Assembly (NCBI GenBank): GCA_044440125.1
Contig: JBITAJ010000005.1
Location: 1-57,492, forward strand
DNA from: Sedimentisphaeraceae bacterium JB056
GTDB lineage: Bacteria; Planctomycetota; Phycisphaerae; Sedimentisphaerales; Sedimentisphaeraceae
Direction: 5' to 3'
Length of the DNA stretch: 57,492 bases
Both the position numbers and the translations under genes were made by a program. Positions 1 to 8,707 of this stretch are shown one piece after another (position 1 is the stretch's first letter; every line of letters begins with the position of its first letter). Below the pieces are notes generated by a model. The model made no database searches. It worked only from the letters and a program-made list of their open reading frames with translations, and was not told the DNA's origin.

Positions 1-119
1 TGATATCCGACGTTTTTATCTTCTTTTTTGCCACAAATGAAATTATGGCTAAAACCTGCGCATGCGCAAGTTAGGATTTGGTTAGATGTTAGCAAGTAGA
101 CTATTAGGATGCATAGCAA

Positions 120-1124
120 ATGGGGTGCCGAACAGTATTGGTCCTAATGCAAAAAAGGTTGCCAAAATTATTAGATCACGAAGGATTGGAATGCCCAATT
201 TACTTTCCCTCTGTTTCGTCCGTAAAAACTATGCTTCATCCACTGGAGTATATTAGAGCACTTATTTCACTGAAAAACATGTACCCATATTTTCTGGTCT
301 CTGCATATGATATTGCTAATGCCGATGAGTCCCACAGGAAAATAATGGAGTGTCACATCAACGAGGCTGTTTCGAGCGGAGTATGCATTCTAATGGATTC
401 AGGCAACTATGAGAGCTATTGGAAAACATCCAACTGGAGTCAAGAAAACTTTCATTCCATACTTATGAAATCTTCTTGCCAAATGGCTTTTTGTTATGAC
501 CTTCAGCTGCCACCTGAAGATATTGATACGCACAGAAAGATTATTATAGAAAATTGGCAGAAAGACAAAAATTATTCGAATGGGAACCTCTTAATTCCAA
601 TTATACATGGCAGTAATATAGCAATACCTAAGTTATGTAAATTAATTGCCAAAGAAACAAGGTCTACAGTAATTGCTGTTCCTGAAAGATGTCTTGGCGA
701 TAGCTTGATAGAACGTGCCCGTATAGTTACTAAAATCCGCTTTGCATTGAATGAAAATGGAGAATATACAAAACTTCATTTGTTAGGAACAGGCAACCCT
801 ATTTCGATTGCAGTCTATTCCATAATGGGGGCGGATAGTTTTGACGGTCTGGAGTGGTGCCAAACAGTTGTTGATCCTGAAACAGCATGTCTTTCCCATT
901 TTTCTCAAGCAGATTTATTTTGGGATAAAGGTGGCTATTCGAATGAAAACTTACCTTTCACTCTAAAAACACTTGTACATAATATAGAGTTTTATTCGGG
1001 CTGGATGAAAGATCTCCAATCTTCGATTCTATCTAACACCGAAATAGAGTTCTGTGAAAGCCGGTTTTCTCATGATCTGTATTCGAAAATATCCAAAACA
1101 TTAGATTGGAGAAAGTCCTCATGA
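120..1124 (+). CDS. TGT-like (tRNA-guanine transglycosylase / DpdA / Cap10-type) protein
   Basis: Motifs ILMDSGNYE (TGT DSGG-like), IPIIHG, LHLLGTGNP...GADSFDG and HNIEFY. No CxCxxC Zn site. Start uncertain (ATG120 or ATG147). Stop overlaps the next ATG (ATGA 1121-1124). Confidence 0.8.
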   Translation: MGCRTVLVLMQKRLPKLLDHEGLECPIYFPSVSSVKTMLHPLEYIRALISLKNMYPYFLVSAYDIANADESHRKIMECHINEAVSSGVCILMDSGNYESYWKTSNWSQENFHSILMKSSCQMAFCYDLQLPPEDIDTHRKIIIENWQKDKNYSNGNLLIPIIHGSNIAIPKLCKLIAKETRSTVIAVPERCLGDSLIERARIVTKIRFALNENGEYTKLHLLGTGNPISIAVYSIMGADSFDGLEWCQTVVDPETACLSHFSQADLFWDKGGYSNENLPFTLKTLVHNIEFYSGWMKDLQSSILSNTEIEFCESRFSHDLYSKISKTLDWRKSS

Positions 1125-1831
1125 ATATACAACATATCAATGCTGCTATAGCAAGCGTGTGTCATGAAATTGAAATTACAAGAGAGCAAAATCTTAATTG
1201 GAGTGAGATGGACGAAGTTGATTATGTTAGAGAGGCAGCAATATGTATATGCAGCAGTCAAATTCGTTTTGAAGTTGCGGCGGCAGCAGGAGAGAGAATT
1301 GCTGCAATGGAGACATTAAAAAAAACAAATTTTTAAAATTCGGACAAAATTTTAAATGAGTTGAAAGTTGTTTTTGATGAGCCACTTGAAGTTAAAATTA
1401 ATAACGAGATTCGGAGTGTTTATCCAAGATTTAAAAATCGCATAATATCTTATATATCACGAACATTTCAAGCATTTGCGTTAAATAACATATCTTTTAG
1501 TTCTATTTTATATAATGCAGTAACTCCTAAGGATGCAAGAATCTGTCTTATGAGTCACGTAACTGGATTTGGTCCCAAACAGGCAAGTCTTTTTCTCAGA
1601 CGAATTGGTTACAGTAGTGAACTGGCTGTTTTGGATACCCATATTTTAGATTATCTTAAAATAGCAAGAGGAATTAGACCTAAGCCTTCAACATTGTCAA
1701 GGATTTCAGGGTATGAAGAAGTTGAACACAAATTTGTTGATGTTGCATCAGAATTCAACCATATAGTCGGTAATGTTGATTTGGCAGTATGGATAACAAT
1801 GCGTGTTGCAAAAAGGGAGATGGTTTTATGA
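1121..1831 (+). pseudogene. OGG-type HhH N-glycosylase/DNA lyase (Cap11-like), split by one in-frame TAA at 1334-1336
   Basis: ORFs 1106..1336 and 1361..1831 share a frame (…KKTNF*NSDKILNELKVVF…). HhH motif GFGPKQASLFLRRIG…LAVLDTHIL. ATGA coupling at both ends. Confidence 0.8.
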
Positions 1832-2427
1832 AAATTGTAAATCTTGCTTCAGGAGGACTTGATTCTTCGCTTGTTACCATTTTAGCAATGGAAGAAGGTA
1901 TTTCAGTCTTTCCGTTATTCATAGACTATGGGCAACGTTCTGCCGAAATGGAATGGAAAGCATGCTGTGAAGTCCACAAAAAAATCAAAGCACCGGAACC
2001 TATACGTATGGATATTTCAGGCTTTGGTAAAGTTATACACTCTGGACTAACGTCAGATTCATTAGATGTAAAACAAGAAGCCTTTACTCCAGGAAGAAAT
2101 TTATTGTTTTTGGTTACTGCAGCATCATATGCATATCAGCTTGATATTAATAGTATCGCAATAGGTCTTCTTTCAGAACAATTTAGCTTGTTTCCGGATC
2201 AAAGAAAAGACTTTCTCTGTAACGCAGAAAAGACAATTAGTATAGCACTAAACAGAAAAATGTATGTAAAGCTTCCGCTCTTTGATTTTAGCAAAGCAGA
2301 TGTGATAAAATTGGCAAGTCAAAAGGGTTTGACTGATACTTATTCATGTCATACTGGTGAATCAAATGCATGCGGAAAATGCATTGCGTGTCTTGAATTT
2401 CAAAATGTGAACGAGAAAGGAGATTAG
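1828..2427 (+). CDS. QueC-family 7-cyano-7-deazaguanine synthase-like protein (Cap9/QatC-type)
   Basis: SGGLDS PP-loop, DYGQR, PGRNLLF and C-terminal TYSC…CGKCIAC Zn site. ATG1828 follows AGGGAG and overlaps the upstream stop. Confidence 0.9.
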   Translation: MKIVNLASGGLDSSLVTILAMEEGISVFPLFIDYGQRSAEMEWKACCEVHKKIKAPEPIRMDISGFGKVIHSGLTSDSLDVKQEAFTPGRNLLFLVTAASYAYQLDINSIAIGLLSEQFSLFPDQRKDFLCNAEKTISIALNRKMYVKLPLFDFSKADVIKLASQKGLTDTYSCHTGESNACGKCIACLEFQNVNEKGD

Positions 2428-2429
2428 TT

Positions 2430-2924
2430 ATGGGCGGTGGTGGCGGTAGTTTTTCATCATCAGATTTAAATCATCTAGAGAATGTTGCAAAAAATAAATT
2501 ATCACAAAATGGTGACGGTAAGAGGCATGTTTTCATTAGCTTTGCACATGAAGATTTAGGTACAGTGAATATGCTTCGTGGTCAGGCCAAGAATGAAGAC
2601 GTATCCATTAACTTTGATGACCATTCTGTTAAAACACCTTTTAATAGCAAAAATGCAGAATATATAAAAACGCAGATTCGAAGCAAAATTGACCGCAGTT
2701 CTGTAACAGTAGTATATCTTTCTAGTAATACTGCTAGTAGCCAATGGGTCAACTGGGAAATTAATGAAAGTATCAGAAAAGGAAAAGGTGTTGTTGGAGT
2801 ATATGCAGGTGATAAACCTCCTGCGCAATTACCTTCTTCGCTAGTACAGAATAAATGCAAAATAGTGAGATGGTCTCATGAAGGGTTAGGTAAAGCCATT
2901 GAAGATGCTAGTAATAGTCGATAG
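2430..2924 (+). CDS. ThsB/MTH538-like (DUF1863) TIR protein with Gly-rich N-terminus
   Basis: RHVFISFAHED…SSVTVVYLSSNTASSQWVNWEI (putative catalytic Glu). Starts MGGGGGSFSS. AAAGGAG RBS; 2 nt after the QueC stop. Confidence 0.85.
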   Translation: MGGGGGSFSSSDLNHLENVAKNKLSQNGDGKRHVFISFAHEDLGTVNMLRGQAKNEDVSINFDDHSVKTPFNSKNAEYIKTQIRSKIDRSSVTVVYLSSNTASSQWVNWEINESIRKGKGVVGVYAGDKPPAQLPSSLVQNKCKIVRWSHEGLGKAIEDASNSR

Positions 2925-3002
2925 TTCCATCTATCGTCAAATACTGAAACACTTTCGAGTATTTTAAGAATATATGAATTAATCATACTGTTGGATATTA
3001 TT

Positions 3003-4922
3003 ATGGAAAAGGACTTGATTTTTATTTGTTATGAAAATAGTGACAGAAAACATATCACCCAGCTTTGTATAGCTTTAAAAGCGGAAGGTGTCCCAGTTAA
3101 ACAAGTGGTATGGTTTGATGACAAAAATATAAAACCTGGAGATAATTGGAAACAACAAATTCAAGAAGGCATTAAAAAGTCATGCATTGCGATATGCCTT
3201 ATTTCATGTTCTTTTTTCAGCAGTAATTTTATCCAAGAAGTGGAATTGCCGCTTATTACTGACGCAGAGACACAGGGAAACTTAAAGATATGCAATGTTC
3301 ATGTAAGTACTTTTAAGAATTTTGAAGAAAAGTCTATTTCCAAATTCCAGTCAGTCAATAACCCCAACGAACCCTTAGATCTATATGAAGGACGAGAAGG
3401 AGAAATGAAGAGGGCTATCAATATGATTGCAAGCGATATTGCTTCCGAATGGAAGCAATATACAAGAAAAATCAAGCCAACAGAAAAGCCAAGTACTTAT
3501 AGTAAAAAGAACAAGATTAAGAGCAAAGATGAATCTGAAATAACACAGGAAACATTATGTCAGAATAGCGAGAGTAGGAAATTTAACTCTGTTGACAAAA
3601 ACACCCTTAATTCTCAATCATACAACATAAATAATCCTTTACCGAACCATATTGTAGAAGATATCATTAGGCGTCTCAGGGATAAAGGAGCTGATAAAAT
3701 TGATATTACAGAATTCTTTAGTGATGAGAGGCAGGAGCTCTTAAAAGACTGTGTTTTGCTGGCAAAAGCAAGATATAATTACCAAGATGGAAAAAGAAAT
3801 GCGATGGCAGATTGCTGGCCAAAATCTATCACAAAGCATCTTTTTGCTTTTACTTTTTTTTCAAGTCTTAATAGTGACTATTATGGGTATTTGGCTTCAA
3901 GATCAGCAGGTCGCTTGGCTTGGGGACTATTAATTAATTCCAATCCTATTGCTGCTAAATACTATTTAGAGGAGTCTAAAAAATATGACCCGGTTCAAGC
4001 TGCCGGAAATTATTTTTGGGCAATACAGTATGCTTTGCGAGTTAATAATGAAGAGAAGGTCAGATACTTGACAGAAAAATATGTAGACATATGTCTTGAT
4101 TTGTATGGGGAAGAATTATTTGATAATGTTAAGAATGAAAAAATTGATGATGAATTTGCTGTCCGTTTTGTAATTAAATGTTACTCATTGATAAAAGATA
4201 GCAATCAAGAAAAAGAGCATCTTTCATCGAACAAGTCTGAACAGAAAAAAATACATTCTTCAGATATCGGGAAACTTGAAATGCTTCAGGCACAATTGTC
4301 TTTACGTCAGAAAAAAATCAGTGAGGCAATTACCTCATATAAAGCCGCCTCAAAGACATTTGATAAAAATGGGTTACATTCTTATAAAACTTTATGTGAA
4401 ATCCAATCTATTTTGCTTGAATATTTAATTTGCAAAAAACTTAGGCAACGAAAAAATAAATTAGAAAAGTTAATAAATTTATATGACGAATTTAGCGATT
4501 CTATACCAGCCAGAACCAAGATTAATGAAATATTAAAAAACATAACCAAAATCAATATCTCATTTTTGGATGCATTAATCTCCAAAAATGTGGAACAAAT
4601 CCCAATAGAGCTTCATAGTATTGTAAAAGAATTAGAAAATTGTTCTAAAAGATTGAATGCGGACGAGGAAATACAAATTGTAAATCTAAGACAGTCTATT
4701 ATCGATATCAAAGATTTAATAAAAGAATTGTTAGACGTGCTTGATGGCGATGCCATAATTGAAGAAAATAGCTTAATTGAAAGGATATTAATTTCTTACT
4801 ATGAACTCTATAGCTTATCTCCATATTTACTCGAAAGGTATGAACCCTTTCTTATAGAAGCTCTTAAGAAAAGACTTATAAATACTGCTGAGAAGAGTGA
4901 GGTCGTAGTAGAAAATATGTAA
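3003..4922 (+). CDS. TIR_2 domain protein with long alpha-helical (TPR-like) C-terminal region
   Basis: IFICYENSD…WFDDKNIKPGDNWKQQIQEGI…LISCSFFSSNFIQEVELP is a typical TIR_2 pattern. A Lys/Ser-rich linker and helical region follow. ATG3003 preferred over TTG2991. Confidence 0.75.
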   Translation: MEKDLIFICYENSDRKHITQLCIALKAEGVPVKQVVWFDDKNIKPGDNWKQQIQEGIKKSCIAICLISCSFFSSNFIQEVELPLITDAETQGNLKICNVHVSTFKNFEEKSISKFQSVNNPNEPLDLYEGREGEMKRAINMIASDIASEWKQYTRKIKPTEKPSTYSKKNKIKSKDESEITQETLCQNSESRKFNSVDKNTLNSQSYNINNPLPNHIVEDIIRRLRDKGADKIDITEFFSDERQELLKDCVLLAKARYNYQDGKRNAMADCWPKSITKHLFAFTFFSSLNSDYYGYLASRSAGRLAWGLLINSNPIAAKYYLEESKKYDPVQAAGNYFWAIQYALRVNNEEKVRYLTEKYVDICLDLYGEELFDNVKNEKIDDEFAVRFVIKCYSLIKDSNQEKEHLSSNKSEQKKIHSSDIGKLEMLQAQLSLRQKKISEAITSYKAASKTFDKNGLHSYKTLCEIQSILLEYLICKKLRQRKNKLEKLINLYDEFSDSIPARTKINEILKNITKINISFLDALISKNVEQIPIELHSIVKELENCSKRLNADEEIQIVNLRQSIIDIKDLIKELLDVLDGDAIIEENSLIERILISYYELYSLSPYLLERYEPFLIEALKKRLINTAEKSEVVVENM

Positions 4923-4934
4923 ATAGGAAATATA

Positions 4935-6029
4935 ATGAAAAAACAACAAAACTATCCACAATTAGCGATATCTCTTACTGATATATGTAATTACAAATGT
5001 CATTATTGCAGGCCTTCTGGATCAAGCGTAAATAAAAGCGAAAAAGAACTTCCTTTTGATGAAATCATCAGGCTATTATCAATAGCCTACAATATAGGGT
5101 ATCGAGTATTTAGATTAACTGGTGGTGAGCCAACTCTTAGGTATGATTTCATTCAGATAATAAAGGCGATAAGCAATTTCGGCAATGATACAACGATTTT
5201 AGTAGGAACTAATGGTGCTTTTCTTAATGATAAAATCCAAGAGTTTAAGAAATATAAGAACTTAAAATTTTTCATCGGCTTAGACTTAATCAGTAACTAT
5301 TCGGAGGGGCTTCCAAAAGGAATGACCCAATCATTATTTTATAATCTATGCGATTTAGCAACAAGCAATTTTGTTCGAATAAATATGCTTGTGCTTAATT
5401 CGAATAAAGATGAAGTTTGGAATATGATTAAATTTTGTAGTGCACTAAATATTGATTTGAAGCTTCATGATTTGTATTTTTGTGAAGAAATCTTATCGCC
5501 AAATCTTACACCTGAAAAGTATTTTGACAAAGAATATTATAATATCAATCAACTAATACCTGTTTTGAGTAATCGATCAAAAAAGATTTCAAAGTATCCC
5601 GAAAATGCATCTGATTGCGGTATTCCAATGCTTAGTTTCAATATAGATGGTATTAATGTAGTAATAAAAGACTCATTAAAAGGGAGTTATTATAATTCTA
5701 AGTGCAGATCATGCAGCATGTATCCTTGCTTGCATGGGCTTTATTGTCCAATTATTACTTCTGATGGAACGCTGCAACCATCAAATTGTGTAAATAGGAA
5801 TTTCCACAGAAAGCTTGCTTATATGGATGAAGATCAAGTAAGGCAAGCTTTTAATTATGTAAATTCAATCATCAAAAACAGTAAATTTGAAACTATAAAT
5901 AGCAGTTCATTAAAAGTAGACTTAGAACTACAAAATATTGATTTGCTTAGCAAGGTCACAAGTACTCCAATCGCCACTTCTATAAAGGAAAAGGAGGCTT
6001 TTTTGTTTGAGAAAATACAGCATATTTGA
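4935..6029 (+). CDS. Radical SAM enzyme, MoaA (GTP 3',8-cyclase)-like paralog
   Basis: ISLTDICNYKCHYC (CxxxCxxC), RLTGGEPTLR, and a C-terminal Cys cluster CRSCSMYPC…C…TSDG resembling a twitch/SPASM region. Confidence 0.75.
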   Translation: MKKQQNYPQLAISLTDICNYKCHYCRPSGSSVNKSEKELPFDEIIRLLSIAYNIGYRVFRLTGGEPTLRYDFIQIIKAISNFGNDTTILVGTNGAFLNDKIQEFKKYKNLKFFIGLDLISNYSEGLPKGMTQSLFYNLCDLATSNFVRINMLVLNSNKDEVWNMIKFCSALNIDLKLHDLYFCEEILSPNLTPEKYFDKEYYNINQLIPVLSNRSKKISKYPENASDCGIPMLSFNIDGINVVIKDSLKGSYYNSKCRSCSMYPCLHGLYCPIITSDGTLQPSNCVNRNFHRKLAYMDEDQVRQAFNYVNSIIKNSKFETINSSSLKVDLELQNIDLLSKVTSTPIATSIKEKEAFLFEKIQHI

Positions 6030-6541
6030 ATATAATTTTATAATTCATAGCCAATTCAGGCTACTGGCATGGAGAGTGTAAAGGCCATTGTATTAATAGG
6101 ATATTTAAGGAATCTGTATTATTTCTTGGAGACTGCAAAAGAGAACAGGAATGAGGTTTTGGGGAGAAGTTAAAAACTCTAAAAGTTGGGAAGAAAATAC
6201 TATAAATGATTTGTCAAGTCCTCTTTTTAGTACCATTCTTAAGTAGACATTTTTCATTAATTGCGTCTTTTAGGCTGGCTGTGATTGGTTGTTTTCTTGT
6301 CCAATCTTAGCCGCTTTGCCTGTGTTCCAGTGGCATCTTACTGCCTAATGATTCGTGCGGCCTCAGTGGTGGCATTTTTTTACCACGGAGGAATCGGAGG
6401 TACTCGGAGGGGTAATTCAGGCATCAGTTTATTCAATTAACAGTTGGATTGAAACTGCCGACAAGTTAATGGTGGGAAATTATCATCACGGACATTCATG
6501 GACTTACACTGACATATGCGGATTGGGTTGCGGAACGCTGG

Positions 6542-6711
6542 GGACAGCGTTCCCTACGGACAGCATTCCCTACGGACAGGGTTCCATACGGACAGGGTTC
6601 CATACGGACAGCGTTCCCTGCGGCAGGGTTTCATAAGGCAAGGTTTCATAAGGCAGGGTTCCGTACGACAGGGTTTCATACGACAGGGTTTCCTGTGTCA
6701 GGGTTTCCTGC
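6542..6711. repeat. Degenerate tandem repeat, 5 x 16 bp followed by 6 x 15 bp
   Basis: Units ggacag(c/g)(g/a)ttcc(c/a)t(a/g)c x5, then ggcagggtttcataa-like x6. Contiguous, no spacers. Confidence 0.9.
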
Positions 6712-7033
6712 GGGCAGCGGTGACTTAGGGATGGTAAAAGGCGATGTCTTCGGTTGTATTGCCGTGTGGATATAGGCAATATCCCTTTTTAGACGCAATT
6801 GTCCGGGTGGTGGATTTAGCTTACAATTTTGTCGCTAATTTTTCAGTGAACTTTTTTTCCTTGTTTTCAGCGACTAAATGTTACGAATTGTAACATTAAT
6901 TCTGTGATTACGAAGTGTTTATATCACAAAGAGTTCAGGAGCAACAAAAACGTAAAAAATATAACGTTTGAGGTTGAAAAAAATGCAGATTTCAGGTATA
7001 TATATCCGTTTTTATTAGTCTTCATAAATCGTT

Positions 7034-7327
7034 ATGAGCAAACTACCTGACCAAAATTGCAGCAACTGCCCGAACAATAATAAGTGCAGTGAAGTTTACG
7101 AAAACTTAACCAAAAGCAGTTGCAAACCGGTGACAAGATCCATCAGCATAGCATTTTTGCTGCCGATGGTTGTTTTCATTGTGACGATAGCGTTATTTCA
7201 AGAGTTTTGCGGTGATCTTTTCGAGAGCGAAACCTTAAATACTATCGTATCTCTGATTTTGGGTGTGGCAGCGTCTGCTTGCAGCGTTTTTATAGCAAGG
7301 TTATTTTGTAACAAGAACCGAAATTAA
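7034..7327 (+). CDS. RseC/MucC-like small membrane protein
   Basis: N-terminal CxxC…C, AFLLPMVVF and two TM helices; directly upstream of rnfC. Confidence 0.6.
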   Translation: MSKLPDQNCSNCPNNNKCSEVYENLTKSSCKPVTRSISIAFLLPMVVFIVTIALFQEFCGDLFESETLNTIVSLILGVAASACSVFIARLFCNKNRN

Positions 7328-7354
7328 TAAAGTGTTTGTTGAAAAGGTAAAAGC

Positions 7355-8707
7355 GTGAAATTTTCATTTAAAGGTGGTGTTCACCCGCCTGAAGGCAAAG
7401 AGCTTACTGAAAATTGCCCAATCGGAGCCGGGCCTGAACCCAAGCAGGTTGCCATATTGATGAGCCAGCACATAGGCGCAATATGCAAACCTACTGTAAA
7501 GAAGAAAGATCAGGTCAAGGCCGGTGATGTAATCGGCGACAGTGAAGCCTTCGTATCGGCGAAACTTCATTCGCCGGTGGACGGCACAGTAAAAGAGATA
7601 TCCTACCGCTCTCACCCTGTTCTGGGAAGAGTTCAGGCTGTTATAATAGATGTAGATCCTGAGAGCCCTGTCAAACAACCCGCAGACCAAAGCTTATTCG
7701 CAAATATCAAACTTGATGATATAAGCGAAGAGAAAATCATTGAAGCAATGGGAGAATGCGGACTTGTGGGAATGGGCGGCGCGGGTTTCCCGACAAAAAT
7801 CAAGGCCCTGCCGAATCCAAAGATGCCTAAAGAGGTAATGATTGTCAACGCGTGCGAATGCGAACCTTATATTACGTGTGATTACCGCGTGATGCTGGAA
7901 TGGACCGACCAGTTCGTTGCAGGCATAAGAATGATGAAAAAGGCGTCAGGATGCGAAAAATGCTATATCGGCATTGAAGACAACAAGCCTGAAGCAATAA
8001 GCCTTATACAGGAAAAGGTCAAAGACCTTGACAACATAGAAGTTACCGTGCTTAAAACCAAGTACCCTCAGGGAGGCGAACGTCAGCTTATAAGTGCGGT
8101 ACTCAATAAAGTAATACCGACAGGCCAAATTCCGCCTATGGCAGGAATTGTAGTGTGCAACGTCTCAACCGCCGCGGCTCTGGCAGAAGCAGTAATAACA
8201 TCTGCACCTCTTACTCACAGAGCTTTGACAATATCAGGCAAAGGCGTAAACAAGCCCGGCAACTATTATGTACCGGTGGGAATAAGCGTTGAAGAGCTGA
8301 TCGAGCATGCCGGAGGCCTCAAAGACGATGCAGTAAAGATCGTAATGGGCGGGCCAATGATGGGATTTGCTATTGGTGATATGACTACGCCAACCACTAA
8401 AACCACCGGTTCAATACTTGCCCTGACTCCCAAGGAGATAGGAAAAGCGAAATTCTCCAAGGTACTGACATCCTGCATCAGATGCGGCAGATGTCTGGAT
8501 GTATGCCCGGAAACTCTCAATCCGACAAAGATTGCTCACGCCGTTAAAGCCGACAGACTGGAAATAGCAGAAGACCACTACATTTCCGCCTGTATGGAAT
8601 GCGGCAGCTGCAGTTACGTGTGCCCTGCCAATATAGAACTGACAGGATACATAAAGACAGGCAAGATACTTATCGCGAGGAAAAAAAAGAATATGCCGTC
8701 TGATTGA
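7355..8707 (+). CDS. rnfC: Rnf electron transport complex subunit C
   Basis: FKGGVHP, QHIGA, GMGGAGFPT, NACECEPYITCD, KYPQGGE and two CxxCxxCxxxCP motifs. Confidence 0.97.
   Translation: MKFSFKGGVHPPEGKELTENCPIGAGPEPKQVAILMSQHIGAICKPTVKKKDQVKAGDVIGDSEAFVSAKLHSPVDGTVKEISYRSHPVLGRVQAVIIDVDPESPVKQPADQSLFANIKLDDISEEKIIEAMGECGLVGMGGAGFPTKIKALPNPKMPKEVMIVNACECEPYITCDYRVMLEWTDQFVAGIRMMKKASGCEKCYIGIEDNKPEAISLIQEKVKDLDNIEVTVLKTKYPQGGERQLISAVLNKVIPTGQIPPMAGIVVCNVSTAAALAEAVITSAPLTHRALTISGKGVNKPGNYYVPVGISVEELIEHAGGLKDDAVKIVMGGPMMGFAIGDMTTPTTKTTGSILALTPKEIGKAKFSKVLTSCIRCGRCLDVCPETLNPTKIAHAVKADRLEIAEDHYISACMECGSCSYVCPANIELTGYIKTGKILIARKKKNMPSD

Noticed and set aside
120..2427. Housekeeping queuosine pathway or a Dpd DNA-modification island
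   Set aside because: The TGT lacks the Zn site and canonical length; no folE/queD/queE/queF or dpdB/C neighbours; OGG and TIR partners point to a defence ancillary module.
2430..4922. Canonical Thoeris or canonical CBASS
   Set aside because: No ThsA (SIR2-SLOG or Macro-TM) and no CD-NTase recognisable within the window; sequence upstream of position 1 is unseen.
4935..6029. QueE or prokaryotic viperin
   Set aside because: Length, the ISLTDxCN motif and the C-terminal Cys cluster fit MoaA-like enzymes better; not excluded without a phylogeny.
6120..6260. IS terminal inverted repeat or att site at the island edge
   Set aside because: No matching partner repeat, transposase, integrase or tRNA found.
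6542..6711. CRISPR array
   Set aside because: Units are contiguous 15-16-mers with no unique spacers, and there are no cas genes in the window.
6355..6779. ORFs 6355..6636, 6516..6728 and 6570..6779 as real genes
   Set aside because: They overlap in three frames and their repetitive peptides simply mirror the DNA minisatellite; no recognisable family.
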